Assembly: GCA_002245135.1 (NCBI GenBank)
Contig: NGBS01000025.1
Coordinates: 62,001 to 102,803, forward strand
DNA from: Proteromonas lacertae
Lineage: Eukaryota
Length of the DNA: 40,803 nucleotides
Reading direction: 5' to 3'
Positions 1 to 12,309 of this stretch are shown one piece after another (position 1 is the stretch's first letter; each line of letters begins with the position of its first letter). A program made the position numbers and the translations under genes. The notes below the pieces were generated by a model, which searched no databases, was not told the DNA's origin, and saw nothing but the letters and a program-made list of their open reading frames with translations.

Positions 1-2
1 CT

Positions 3-488
3 GAACATTATTTATTGTGGGATAATATATATCATTTAAAATACAAATATTTATGGGTATTTGATCAGGATGTAATTTATACAGGAAATATCTATAACTT
101 CTTTAAAAAATATGATAAATATAATGATGATTTAATAACATATCATTACACTCCATATTATTCAAAAGGATGGCATGATTGTGTCACAGAAGAATATAGA
201 AAAAGCAGATCAAATATGACATATTATGTCGCTACTCATTTTCATAGACTATCCAAAAACTTGATAAATGCATTAAAAATGGAATTTAAACTTAAAAGAC
301 ATGCTCAAGTTGAACAAATGATAATAGAAACTGCTTTATATTATAATTTAAGTATTAAAAAAATGGATAAAATAGATTATGATAAAAAAAGAGGTTTTGG
401 AAAATGTATATATACTAAAAAAGAGTATGATAATCTAATAAATGAAAATTCTACAAAAAATATAATATATCATCCTGTGAGATACTAA
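3..488 (+). CDS. Partial (5'-truncated by window) putative glycosyltransferase-like protein, DUF3405-like
   Basis: Frame open from the window start. YKYLWVFDQDVIYTGNIYNFF contains a DxD-type motif and the protein ends in IYHPVR, resembling DUF3405 proteins from memory. Confidence 0.45.
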   Translation, partial: EHYLLWDNIYHLKYKYLWVFDQDVIYTGNIYNFFKKYDKYNDDLITYHYTPYYSKGWHDCVTEEYRKSRSNMTYYVATHFHRLSKNLINALKMEFKLKRHAQVEQMIIETALYYNLSIKKMDKIDYDKKRGFGKCIYTKKEYDNLINENSTKNIIYHPVRY

Positions 489-2169
489 TGCTATTCTCCG
501 ATTTTGTTTTATATTATTATGGTTACTATTTACTATTATGCTGCAATCAGAAAAGAATAATTGATGAGGCAAAAACTAACAATAGTATTAATAATTAATA
601 TATTCTAGATTTAAAAGCTATATGTTTTTCAATTATATATTATAATCAGCTATTAGAAGATGGAATAAAAGAATATATAAAAAGATCTAAAAGAACATTA
701 CACAAATATAAAACCTTAAACTGTTTTAAGATAAATCACATATCACATCCTCAAAGTATTAACATATCTTATTTGGATAATTCATTTATAAAGAATGAAA
801 AAATTGGCGTGGATAACATACAAAAATGTGGATTTGTCCTAGTTGCAGGTGGATTAGGTGAGAGACTGAATTTAGATTCAATTAAAGTACATATTTATAT
901 AATATATTTTTAGTTATCTTTAAATGTAGATCAAATCAGTGGATTATCGTATTTGAACCTATATTTTAATTATATAAAATCATATCAAACAAGTAAAAAA
1001 TTTTCAGCACATGTATGTATAATGACTTCACAGTCTACTGATAAAAGTATTAAACATTATCTTGAAGAAAATAAATACTTTGGTTTAAATAAAAATGACA
1101 TAATTACAATTCAACAAATAAATGTCCCTTCATTTCGTGATGAAGATTGTAACTTACTATATGATAATTACAAAATTGTTACTAAACCTCATGGACATGG
1201 TGATATTCATTATCTATTGTACTCTGTATATAAATATTTATATTGTAGAAAGGAGTGTTAGATATATGGAAAGCAAAAAGTTTAGATTATATAGTCATTT
1301 TTCAAGACACAAATTCACTAGCATTTGAAGCAATTCCTGTTTTAATAGGAAGTACTATAGATAATGGTGTAGATGTTAACTATTTAACTACAGAAAGATT
1401 TAAAGGAGAAAAAGCATCAATTCTATGTTCTTGTAAAGAAGAAGGTAAATATTATAATGTAAGAGCAATAGATTATTCTCTTTTACCAAAACTATTTGGA
1501 GAAGATATAAATAATTGTAATAAATCAGAATCTCAATATCCAGCTGTAACAAATATAATATGCTTTAAATTAAGCTTATATTATGATACATTAAAAAATC
1601 GAAAGATATCACTTCCAGAATACATATTATCTAAAGATTTTAAATCATTCAGACTTGAAACAATTCTGCAAGATTATATATTACTTACTGATAATAATTC
1701 GAAAAATATTAGTCTAAGTCTACCAAGATGGTTATGTTTCAATCCAGTAAAAGAAATGTCTAACTATTCTGATTTTTATACACCAGATAGCGGAGAGAAT
1801 AATATATATATTAAAAATTGTAAGAAATTATCTCAATTAGGATGGAAAATAGGAGAAGAATGTGCTATTATTATAGATCCTTTAATTAGTAATACAACAG
1901 ATAGAATTGTTGAGCATTTTAAAGGAAATATAGTAATTGGAAATAATTCTAAGCTTGTTATAAGCGGAAATGTTTATATAAACAATTTGCGCTTACAAGG
2001 TTGTTTATCAATTAAAGTAAAAAATGGAGGATGTGTTACAATAAACAATATAAATATTCAGAACAACGGATTTGATAGAATAAATGAAAAAAATGGAATA
2101 TTCAGTACTAAAATAATAAATCTTTGTGATTATATTTTAGAATTTGGAAAAGGAAAGTACATTGTTTAA
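488..2169 (+). CDS. USP: UDP-sugar pyrophosphorylase (UDPGP family), 4 exons; introns 585-608, 887-913, 1226-1248
   Basis: Splicing three GT..AG introns (24, 27, 23 nt) joins GFVLVAGGLGERL, IMTS, TKPHGHGDIHYLLYS|KGVLDIW, FQDTN and RLETILQDY into one frame. These are hallmark USP motifs. Confidence 0.9.
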
Positions 2170-2198
2170 ATTCTATTTACATTCAATAGTAGCTACTA

Positions 2199-2885
2199 TT
2201 AATTCTTACTAAATACTTTATCAATAGGTGATGTATATTTTTTATTCATTGAATATCCATTTGATTTTAGAATATCCTCTATTTTAGATTTTTTATTATT
2301 ATTCATGTTAATCCATTCTATCATCCAATATGATACTGAAACATTAAAATCAAATGTTTCTAAAACCTCTAATTCACTTCCTTCAACATCTAAAGAAAAT
2401 AAATCAATATGTTTAATGTTATAATATGAAGTAATATTTTTTAATGTGTTACATTTATAAACGTTTTTATTATTATGTATAATTGTACCTATTTTTTCTT
2501 TTTCATTGAAATTTACATAAGCTGTATTGCATATAGGTGAACATGTAATAATTGAGTTATTTCTGTATTTTGAATTTTTAAGCAAAGCAATGCAATTCTT
2601 TTCACCTCCTTCAATTAATATTCCATGCCAATTAAAGTTCTTTTCAAAGAATATTGTATTACTTGTATCTAATCCATCATATGCTCCTAACTCAACAAAA
2701 AATCCATTCTCTTTGTTTTGAAAGAAGTTTCGATACAACGATATATCTTGGAAATATTGACTATTTTGATATTTGAATATATCTTCATTTCTGCATAAAC
2801 ATTTACTTCTAATTTTTAACAATATAAAGACTGTAAAAATAAGAAATAAAATTTGATATATTAATATTTTTTCTGAAGAAATAAT
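2199..2885 (-). CDS. FkbM-family (Methyltransf_21) SAM methyltransferase with N-terminal hydrophobic anchor; start codon unclear
   Basis: NGFFVELGAYDGLDTSNT, WHGILIEG and HIDLFSLDVEGSELEVL motifs. The frame stays open upstream of the TTG at 2822 through ILIYQILFLIFTVFILL. Confidence 0.85.
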   Translation of the reverse strand: MISSEKILIYQILFLIFTVFILLKIRSKCLCRNEDIFKYQNSQYFQDISLYRNFFQNKENGFFVELGAYDGLDTSNTIFFEKNFNWHGILIEGGEKNCIALLKNSKYRNNSIITCSPICNTAYVNFNEKEKIGTIIHNNKNVYKCNTLKNITSYYNIKHIDLFSLDVEGSELEVLETFDFNVSVSYWMIEWINMNNNKKSKIEDILKSNGYSMNKKYTSPIDKVFSKN

Positions 2886-2981
2886 GTTCTAAGATTTAAA
2901 TCAAAATTTAAATTTCACTCGATAGTCTAATTTCTCTTCAATATAAATCAAATGTAATTGAAATATTCTTTTTGTATAAAT

Positions 2982-3614
2982 TGTTGTGTGTCGTTTGTCA
3001 TATTTGGCCATTTGTCTACCAGACACTTTTAAAACAAACTAAATATATATTCTTACTTGTCTTGATTAAAAATTGTTACTTTTATACTTACTTTGTTATT
3101 TGACCTACCTCTGCAGTATACTATTTTGTTAATATAAATAGTTTGAATATTTGCGCCGTTTGTTTTCTAGAAATTTTGAAGCAATCTAAATGTATATTTA
3201 GCTAATATAAACTAAAATACATTAGCTGAAATGATTAGAATATAATAATTATTAAATCTTTCTATATAAAAAAGGAAATGTAAAAATAGGCTTGAGTGAG
3301 GTTTGATTTTTTATTTTCTTTTTCAATTTAAATGTGTTATGATCAACATTAAGTTGTTCTAATCATTTCAGCTAATGTATTTTAGTCTATATTAGCTAAA
3401 TATGCATTTAGATTGCTTCAAAAATTTCTAGAAAACAAATGGCGCAAATATTCAAACTATTTATATTAACAAAAAAGTATACTGCAGAGGTAGGTCATAT
3501 AACAAAGTAAGTATAAAAGTAACAATTTTTAATCAAGACAAGTAAGAATATATATTTAGTTTGTTTTAAAAGTGTCTGGTAGACAAATGGCCAACTATGA
3601 CAAACGGCACAACA
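2982..3614. mobile_element. Non-autonomous DNA transposon (MITE/foldback) with ~258-bp terminal inverted repeats
   Basis: 2982-3240 is the near-perfect reverse complement of 3357-3614 (TGTTGTG...CACAACA ends), around a ~116-bp non-coding spacer. Confidence 0.9.
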
Positions 3615-3865
3615 TAAATAATTAATTGAATTTTTCTCATAAAACTCCATTAATAGGAGATAGTATAAAGAACACAATTTTCAATTGTGTGATAATATGA
3701 GAATAATTTATAAAAAGGTTGAAAGATGATAAATAATTAGTCTATATTACCATTTAACATCTCGTTTAAAGTTGATTATTAACATTTTGTTGTAGATCCT
3801 TTATTTCATATTAGTATCACCTATTAATCCTCCTATAAAATAATTTCTATTGTAATAATATTAAA

Positions 3866-5592
3866 ATGATTTATAGAAATGATATTAATGGATTTAGAGG
3901 ATTATCATTTCTGTTTATATATTTATATCATCAATATCCAAATATATATTCAAACTGCTTTTTTGCTGTAGATATATTTATTCTGCTTTCTGGATATTTT
4001 TCTATATATTCTCAAAGCTCAAAAGATTTTTCTGAATATATTTCTAACAGAATTAAAAGAATAATACCTATTGGTTATTTGGTGTTGTTTTTATGTTATT
4101 TTAGCGCAAATATATATTTATCAAACTCTAAATTGGAAATCATATATAAAGATTTATTATCTTCATTTTGTGGTTATTCTAATATTCATTTTTATCAAAA
4201 GTCAATAGATTACTTTGGAGATCCATTAAATCAATCATTAAATCTTCATTACTGGTATTATTGCTTACAAGAACAATATTATCTTTTGTTTGCAGTATTT
4301 ATATTACATAGAAATAATAATGTACAATATATTGTAGAATTTACATTATTTTTATATTCGTTTGTGTTTACAATACATAATTACTCTAATGTTAATAAAT
4401 TGTACTATTTAATTAATTCTAGATTATGGGAATATATTTTTGGTATTTTTGTTTATAATATTAATATTAATGTTAGCATAAATAATAGCATATTATCGAA
4501 TTTATCTTTACTAATATATATTTTACTTATACTTTATCCATCAAAAATCAAAAATCATATTATTCCTCCAAATTTTATATATTTAGCAGTTGGTTCTTCT
4601 CTTCTTCTTAATAATTCAAGCACAATAATAATCTCTTATTTATTTCAATTTTTGGGTAAAATATCTTTTTCAGGTTATTTAATTCATTACCCTATATTAT
4701 TTATGTATAAAAGTAATAATGTAGTAAAGAATCTATGCAAATTCTTTATTACTTTAGTATTATCATTCATATCTTACGATTGTATTGAAATAAATGCATA
4801 TATTAAAAATATAAAATCAAATAATGTATTTATTTTATTTATTCTACTTGAAACGTTTATATTATGCTATTTCAATAAAAAAATAAGAAGTTTATCATTT
4901 TCTGTAAGATATTTAACTAGGACAACTGCTCTTAGTGATTGGAAAAATTTAGAGCATTCATTTAAACCATTAAAACAAAAGATTCTTATGTTATGCAGTG
5001 GATTCCTCCTATATTAAAAAATGTCAACATAGCATATTATAATTTAGTTTATTACCATTATTGGATAAATAGAATAATATACAAAAATATCAGTAAATTA
5101 ATTATGTCAATTAAAGCGTTTCAAATTAAATACATTATTTTGTCAAATTATTTAGCAAGCTGCAATAAATGTCTTATGAAATTATATTCAGATTTATATT
5201 CTCCATTCAAAACTTTTATTGAAATACTGCTTCAGAAGGTATGTAATACTTTATATATCATTCAAGACAATCCATATCACAACAAAGATGTATTTATTAA
5301 TCCAAACGATGGTGTTAATTATACTTATTCAATTATTGGAATAAATTCCAGTGTTAATTTATTTCCCATATTTAAATATAATAAACTAAAATATATAAAC
5401 ACATTAAATTGGATTTGTAACAACAATAAATGTCAATTATTTAAAGATAATTATTCTGTTTATGTAGGACCACATCATCTTACTATTAGTTTTACACTTT
5501 CATTAAAAGATAAAATAAACAGAAATATTACTTTTGAAAGATTAAAATACATTATAAATAATACCATCATTTACAATAAAGAATTTCATTAA
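3866..5592 (+). CDS. Acyltransferase-3 plus SGNH-domain O-acyltransferase (OafA/OatA-like), frame break near 4980
   Basis: YRNDINGFRG, AVDIFILLSGY, RIKRIIP, LHYWYYCLQEQYY, SRLWEYIFG and LGKISFSGYLIHYP. The second frame supplies DSYVMQW (GDSH-like block) and a C-terminal GPHHLT. Confidence 0.85.
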
Positions 5593-5801
5593 TGATATAG
5601 ATTGTGTAATTAAAAAGTATAGAAGTTTACTGTACTATTTACAATACAATACTGTCAGTTGATTAATGATTTTTTATTATTTAGTTGAGAAGTGACTATC
5701 TAATTACAAAAATGCCAAACATGTTGGCTGGTAGATGTATTATAAATTTGATTTCATTAGTCTGATAAGCCTAACCCACTTTTCTAATTCTCTTCATTAT
5801 A

Positions 5802-6749
5802 CTATTGTATGAGATGTAAAAAATAAATTTCGTGTGGTTTTAATCTATGAATCATAAAATAGTTGTATATGTTACTAATTGATACATTACCCTCAACTAT
5901 TTTTTTATTATATTGTCTTACATCACAAATTTTATTACTTGACATTTTTGACAATCTCCCTATAAATACATCTTCTTCGCTACCATAGCAATTAGTGTTT
6001 AATTTTGAATGGCTAGCATTGAGCATTCCATTTATTAGTTTATATGGTATAACATATCCCATTCCACTAGGAAAATATCCAACTAAATATCCCCATATTT
6101 TATTTTCTGCATTAATTCTATGTATTAAATGTAGTCTTCTTAATATATTTATATTAAAAAATGTATCTGTATCATGTTTTATTAACCATTTAAAATGAAT
6201 ATGTAGTTTTATGCTCCATAATAATATATTGTATGTTTGAAGTATTAAAGCATAGTAAGAAGATAGAAAATTGAATTGAAGTATATCTTGGTGTATGATA
6301 GATTCTTTTATTATTTTTCTATTTATAATATAATTATTACTCTTACCTGTAACGAATACACATGATAAGTATTTATAATTGCTATATATTTTTCTAAATA
6401 CTTCCCTTTCATAAAACATATCAGGTTCAGAAATTATAGTTATTAAATAATCGCAATCTGTTAATGTAGGATAATCAAGTTGATTATGACTGTACTCTTT
6501 TAATAATAAAACATGTGGATTTGATTTTCTATGCTTGATGTATAATGTATTGGTTTTCCTGCTGCATGTTACTCTTTTTGTTATATTAAAACAATTATTA
6601 ATTCTTTTTAATCTATTGTACAATGTTTTACTATAGTCTAAATAATTTGATTTATATGTTAAATTTATAGAAATTGATAATATCGTAAATATAATTATAA
6701 CTGTTGTAAAATATACAAACAATCTTATAAATTGTAATGTAAAACACAA
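5802..6749 (-). CDS. GT31 beta-1,3-galactosyltransferase-like, type II membrane protein
   Basis: ESIIHQDILQ, WLIKHDTDTFFN, FPSGMGYVI and EEDVFIG motifs; N-terminal transmembrane segment. Confidence 0.85.
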   Translation of the reverse strand: MCFTLQFIRLFVYFTTVIIIFTILSISINLTYKSNYLDYSKTLYNRLKRINNCFNITKRVTCSRKTNTLYIKHRKSNPHVLLLKEYSHNQLDYPTLTDCDYLITIISEPDMFYEREVFRKIYSNYKYLSCVFVTGKSNNYIINRKIIKESIIHQDILQFNFLSSYYALILQTYNILLWSIKLHIHFKWLIKHDTDTFFNINILRRLHLIHRINAENKIWGYLVGYFPSGMGYVIPYKLINGMLNASHSKLNTNCYGSEEDVFIGRLSKMSSNKICDVRQYNKKIVEGNVSISNIYNYFMIHRLKPHEIYFLHLIQ

Positions 6750-6791
6750 AGATTTAAATATATAGGTAAATTAAATAATCTTCTATTGATC

Positions 6792-7535
6792 TTAATATAT
6801 ACTTACATTCCTAAGACCTAATGGAGAAGATATTTGATATGAATTAGGAATATATTGCGCACATTTATATTTTAATCTACCTTTAGGAATTGGTTTGTAA
6901 AAATTAAATCCATATTTTGTCATTAATGATGGTACAGGATTCTCTATAGCATACATATACAATTCAGAAAATTTGCATTTGCATATACTATTTATTCTAT
7001 AAGAAGATTCATCACCAATAATAATCCACAAATCTGCAGTAAATCTATGTAAAAATAAACCTATAACGCCATGAATATCTTGATAATTATGTCTTATATT
7101 CTTTAAATGAGGTTTAGCATAATCATAGAATAATTTTAGATAATCTGTTTTAGTTTTATTGCATACTTTAAAATTGTTAGGAAATTTTAAACAATCATAT
7201 CCATTATTATTTATATCTATATATATTTTCTCTTCACAATGAAAAATATTACTATTCATCCAAACAGGAATTGCTATATCAAAGTCATTATCATTAGGAA
7301 TGAAACCTCCGTTTCTAAATGCGCCTAATAATGAACCATCAATTAGAAAATATATGACGTTAATTTCTTTTAATATATTATATATTAACTTAGCTTTATA
7401 ATTGTCTTTTCGATTAATGTTCAAATATTTCTTATTTCGACTCCATGAGCAAATGTTGTTAATTTTATTATATCTCTCATAAAGTTTCATGCATATTATA
7501 AATAGTAGCATAATATAAAAATAGTATTTGTACAT
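6792..7535 (-). CDS. LicD/fukutin-family phosphotransferase
   Basis: YFLIDGSLLGAFRNGGFIPNDNDFDIAI motif and NPVPSLMTKYG; N-terminal anchor. Confidence 0.88.
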   Translation of the reverse strand: MYKYYFYIMLLFIICMKLYERYNKINNICSWSRNKKYLNINRKDNYKAKLIYNILKEINVIYFLIDGSLLGAFRNGGFIPNDNDFDIAIPVWMNSNIFHCEEKIYIDINNNGYDCLKFPNNFKVCNKTKTDYLKLFYDYAKPHLKNIRHNYQDIHGVIGLFLHRFTADLWIIIGDESSYRINSICKCKFSELYMYAIENPVPSLMTKYGFNFYKPIPKGRLKYKCAQYIPNSYQISSPLGLRNVSIY

Positions 7536-7810
7536 ATGTTAATAATTATTTAATTATATAATTTTATTTATATACTTTCATGATTCTTTTTATTACTTCT
7601 TAATAAACAAGTGATATTTTTCTTTTTTTACTTAAACATTATATAAGAGTAAAACACATTTCATTGAATAAACCTCCTCAAATGTTCATAGCTTAACATA
7701 ACTATACTTAATAAGCATAGTTAGTATTATCTAAAATAGACAAAAAAGCTATTCAATAATTTCAAATAAGTAGAAAGGTAGAATATTATATTGTTAGATA
7801 AAATCTATAT

Positions 7811-8068
7811 TGTTGTGCGTCGTTTGTCATATTTGGCCATTTGTCTACCAGACACTTTTAAAACAAACTAAATATATATTCTTACTTGTCTTGATTAAAA
7901 ATTGTTACTTTTATACTTACTTTGTTATTTGACCTACCTCTGCAGTATACTATTTTGTTAATATAAATAGTTTGAATATTTGTGCCGTTTGTTTTCTAGA
8001 AATTTTTGAAGCCAACTAAATGCATATTTAGCTAATATAGACTAAAATACATTAGCTGAAATGATTAG
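7811..8068. repeat. Third (solo) copy of the MITE terminal inverted repeat
   Basis: Near-identical to 2982-3238 in the same orientation; no matching opposite arm found nearby. Confidence 0.9.
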
Positions 8069-8434
8069 CCAAAGTTTGCACTTTTTTGAAGATTTCTCAT
8101 TCATTAGTTACTCTATAAAGAAACTAAACCGAGATTTCATCTAAACATAATTCATAGAATTTTTTGAAGCTTTTAGTTAATTAATAATTCGAAATCAAAT
8201 TAATTGAATTAGCATATAGCTTACATACGAAGCTGAGACTTTTTTTATAAATAAGAAATACAAAGATGCATAAGAATATTTACTTATAATAAACGAAAAC
8301 CCTCTAGAAATTCTTAAAATGGGTATCATAAACACAAAAAAAATAAAAAGAAATACAAAATATAATCACAAAAAGAATAAAACAAAAAAGAAAAGAAAAG
8401 AAAAAAGGAAAAGGAAAGATGTAAAACTGACAAA

Positions 8435-8635
8435 TCATACATCAATATCTCTTAAAACCATACTGTAGACATCGTGGATTACATGTTGAACATCTTTATA
8501 ACACTCGCTAGTTGATATATTAGAAAAAGCATCGGTTATCCTTTGAAGTGTTTGATCATGGTTAAGAAAAGATGTAGTTTCAGCTCTTGTTTTCTATAGA
8601 TCAAAAATCATTTCTATGGGATTTAGTTCAGTACT
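8435..8635 (-). pseudogene. Tc1/mariner-IS630 transposase C-terminal remnant
   Basis: Hand translation STELNPIEMIFDL*KTRAE...QRITDAFSNIS matches the SPELNPIExxW motif carrying the catalytic E; contains an internal stop. Confidence 0.75.
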
Positions 8636-8944
8636 TTAAAAATTCTTCTCTACAATAGGGATTGTTAAAGTTTACGTAATGTAAAGACTATTAATAATAT
8701 TATTTATATCAATATGTTATACCATGATAGAAAAATATAATCTTATGATAGTTTATAGTGTATTGGAAATAAAAAACACGAATTAAAAAAAAGAAGGCTT
8801 GAAGGCTCGAAATTGTTTTTAGCAAAAAATAAACTGTTTTTTGAGAGCAATCCAGTCCAAGATTAAAGGCTTGAATTTTATATTACAAAGCTCGTAGAAT
8901 ATTCTGCAAAGCACTGTAATGTTAATATATAAAAAAATTATGAT

Positions 8945-9748
8945 ATGTCTATTAAAAGAAACAATATAATATTTACAATATTTTGTACTTTAATTTTATT
9001 ATTATTATTTGAATATAAGAATAAAGCACAATATAATTTGTTAATTTTTGCACTTTCATGTGACAGAGAATTATTTTTGAATATTACGCTTCATAGTTTA
9101 TTTGAGCATTTTAATAAATATGAACATCATATTTGTTTAACTATATACTATTCTGATAGTGGTACAATAAATAGAAATCACTATATAAAGAAATTCAACC
9201 TGCAAAACATATTATATATGAACCCAAGCAACGTAAACTACATATATAGAATAATATATTCATTGTTATACATGAAGTATGTATTATTCATTGAAGATGA
9301 TAGACCTTTTATTAATAATATTGAGCAACATATTATTTATAGTAATTATATTGAAGAAGGAATTGCTATTCTAGAAGCAAGTAATTATATTTATGGAATT
9401 ACTTATAAAAACGATATCGAAACTGATATAAAAACAATTACCATAAGAAGTAATTTAGGTTTTCATATGTTATGCATAGCAACAAAACCAAAAGAAGATT
9501 ATTATTATGTAAATGCACCAACTTTGTATAAAACTGAATATTTGAAATTGATAAAAAATTATGAAAGCGAATTTACATCTGCAAAATTCTTTAAGAGTTT
9601 AAAAAAATACTATGGCTTTACATATAAGAATATTACTTGTAAAAATAATTCATTTTCTGTAAAATGCCAAAGCGTATCAAATCATCTTGATACAAAAAGG
9701 ATATATTCAACAAAAGGAAATAAGAGATGTAGAAATTATATGTATTGA
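8945..9748 (+). CDS. Putative GT-A fold (GT2-like) glycosyltransferase
   Basis: N-terminal TM, LSCDRELFLNITLHSL, YYSDSG and YVLFIEDD motifs. Confidence 0.65.
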   Translation: MSIKRNNIIFTIFCTLILLLLFEYKNKAQYNLLIFALSCDRELFLNITLHSLFEHFNKYEHHICLTIYYSDSGTINRNHYIKKFNLQNILYMNPSNVNYIYRIIYSLLYMKYVLFIEDDRPFINNIEQHIIYSNYIEEGIAILEASNYIYGITYKNDIETDIKTITIRSNLGFHMLCIATKPKEDYYYVNAPTLYKTEYLKLIKNYESEFTSAKFFKSLKKYYGFTYKNITCKNNSFSVKCQSVSNHLDTKRIYSTKGNKRCRNYMY

Positions 9749-10151
9749 CTTATTTTACAAAACAAGATTTATTATTTTATACCTTTTGTTGAATATATCA
9801 ACTAATCATTTAAACCATTATTCTGAATATGAATCACTCAAGGATATATATTGCTATAGAATCTCATAATATATCTATTATATTATAATTTCAATTAGAA
9901 TATTCTATATCAATTTCATCTAAAAAGAATTTTATAGATCTACATGTATATATTACACATTTTCTTATTATGAATGTATCTATAATATTAAGATGTTCAA
10001 TAATTAATAGAAATAAGAAAAAAGCTATTGTTTATAATTTAGTTCACCTTTTTGATTTTTGTTTCATTCATCCTATTCTGTCAAAGTTAGGTTTATTTAA
10101 AGCAGTTTATTTAACAAGCAAATGAAGCGGAAAATACCTATTCATTAGAAT

Positions 10152-11174
10152 TTGAAGATTGATTTTTCATTTCTTTTATTCTTTTTCATTCTTTATTATG
10201 TGCTTGTGAATATATCATTGTATTATTTAAAAGAAAAGTTTACTTATGTTAATTGCAAAATATTCAATAGTTTCGACTATAACAAATATTTTGTTCCTTT
10301 ATGTAACTATGATAAGAAGCATAAATCTATTATTACTTATGGATATTATAAAAATAACAATAGCAACAGATATATCTATCAAAGAAAGGTCATTTATAAA
10401 AATAAAGAAGCAATTATAAAGGCATATTCGTTTTTAAATATCAGTCTGAGCAAAATAATTATAGAAAAGAAGTTATTAAGTTTATGCATTGTTACTGTAT
10501 ATAAAAATCTAAACATAAATAATTTATTAAGAGCATGTTTATTATATTTGAGATTAGGAGTAGATCATATAACTATATACGTAAGCTATTACAATATAAC
10601 ATTCAAAAGGCAATATAGTTGGCTAAAAAAGAGAAAATGGATAGATATTATTTACTATCCTTTTCCAAATATATCTTTCTTTTATTATGGACAAGATTCA
10701 AAACTAAATCATTGTATTAATCATTATAGGTATATAACTGAATATGTAATTATAACTGATGTAGATGAAGTTATTGTTCCACAACATAATAACAACATAT
10801 TAGATGTAATTAATAGTTATGGTAAAGATAATTATGTATTTAGTTTTAATTCAGTAGAATATAGTGTAAATAACGTTTATGATAGTATATTTAAGGCAAA
10901 TAAAATCGGATGTATATATAATAAAAGTTATGAAAAAATGATAATAAGACCTGAAAAAGTGACTAGTATTGGTGCTCATTTCCCAAAATTATGGGAGAAT
11001 AAGAAAATATTAGTTTATGTAGATGTGAAAGATGCTTATGTAAGGCATGTAAGGAGGAAATTAAATAAGAATAAATGCTATGTAATGAAAGAAAATAATA
11101 TATTGCAATCACATATAAAATATATAGAAAGAAATATAATTTCAATCTTATCAAATAAAAATTTAGTCACTTAA
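10152..11174 (+). CDS. GT92/DUF23-family glycosyltransferase
   Basis: LSLCIV, LGVDHITIY, GQDSKLNHCINHYR, YVIITDVDEVIVP and KMIIRPEKV motifs; N-terminal TM. Confidence 0.8.
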   Translation: MKIDFSFLLFFFILYYVLVNISLYYLKEKFTYVNCKIFNSFDYNKYFVPLCNYDKKHKSIITYGYYKNNNSNRYIYQRKVIYKNKEAIIKAYSFLNISLSKIIIEKKLLSLCIVTVYKNLNINNLLRACLLYLRLGVDHITIYVSYYNITFKRQYSWLKKRKWIDIIYYPFPNISFFYYGQDSKLNHCINHYRYITEYVIITDVDEVIVPQHNNNILDVINSYGKDNYVFSFNSVEYSVNNVYDSIFKANKIGCIYNKSYEKMIIRPEKVTSIGAHFPKLWENKKILVYVDVKDAYVRHVRRKLNKNKCYVMKENNILQSHIKYIERNIISILSNKNLVT

Positions 11175-11195
11175 AATAGTGAAAAGTAGATAGAA

Positions 11196-12239
11196 ATGTT
11201 ATTTTATATTTTTTTATTCTTATTTTTACTAATCTATACTTTTATTATTATTATTAATACACATAATGAATATAGTATGTATTTGATAATGAAAAAAAAT
11301 TTGAGAAATATAATATCTAGTAATTTATATAAGAAGTTATTTTTAAATTGTAATATTATTTATAAAGGTAAGACATTATATCGTTTTAGCGCTATACATC
11401 GTTATGCTTATGTAAGTTTTTTAACAAATGGTAAATATATTAAACTAATTAATGGAACACTATATTCAGTTCATTTTTTCTCTATTTATCCCATTATATT
11501 ATATGTATCAGGGAATATAAATGATGAAATGTATAGTATTTTTAAATTGTATGATAGACTAATAGTATATACAATTTCTTCAGAGCTGAAAAGTGTATAT
11601 TTTATGAAATTAAGAGCGTCATTATTAGCTCCTGTTTTAGTTGGACAAATTGTCGAAGGAGATACAATCGTTCTTCCTGGAGCAGATTGTTTATTTAAAA
11701 GAATAGAAAAGGAAATAAATAGTAAGTATTACTACCCTATGATGACAAGGCATCCAGATTTTCGATCTACTAGAAAAAGCAATACTACAATGAATCCATT
11801 AAATTATCCGATGAATAAACGAACAATGAGATATATGCATGCTCATATGTCATGGACTTATTATTCATTACCTTTTATAGCTAATGTATATATGAAATCA
11901 TATTCATATAATTATAGTGATGATGAATATGCTATGAATATAAATCTATGGGAATATAAAGCTTATAAACAGTGGTGTACATATGATCCTTACTATTCAA
12001 TTGTGGATGTAAGTAATAACAGTAGAGTATTTAAAGATATGCCATACAGCATTACTTTTTTTAATTTTATTCATGGATGCAAATTAAAACATCTTCAAGA
12101 TATTTTACTACTAAAGTTACAGATGCTTAAATCCAACAAAATAATATATTCAATGAATAATAATATAATGTTCACAAACTCTTGTAAAATCTCCACAAAT
12201 ATAAAACTATTTACATATACGGAAAAATGTCTAATATAG
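11196..12239 (+). CDS. Type II membrane protein, probable GT-A glycosyltransferase
   Basis: N-terminal TM; SVHFFSIYPIILY, VEGDTIV (ExD), DDEYAMN and late FIHGCK fit a GT-A layout; family not assigned. Confidence 0.5.
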   Translation: MLFYIFLFLFLLIYTFIIIINTHNEYSMYLIMKKNLRNIISSNLYKKLFLNCNIIYKGKTLYRFSAIHRYAYVSFLTNGKYIKLINGTLYSVHFFSIYPIILYVSGNINDEMYSIFKLYDRLIVYTISSELKSVYFMKLRASLLAPVLVGQIVEGDTIVLPGADCLFKRIEKEINSKYYYPMMTRHPDFRSTRKSNTTMNPLNYPMNKRTMRYMHAHMSWTYYSLPFIANVYMKSYSYNYSDDEYAMNINLWEYKAYKQWCTYDPYYSIVDVSNNSRVFKDMPYSITFFNFIHGCKLKHLQDILLLKLQMLKSNKIIYSMNNNIMFTNSCKISTNIKLFTYTEKCLI

Positions 12240-12309
12240 CAAGAATATATAAACTTTTAATAATAGGATTAGTATTATAAATTATTATATATATGTAAAG
12301 TTATGACTA

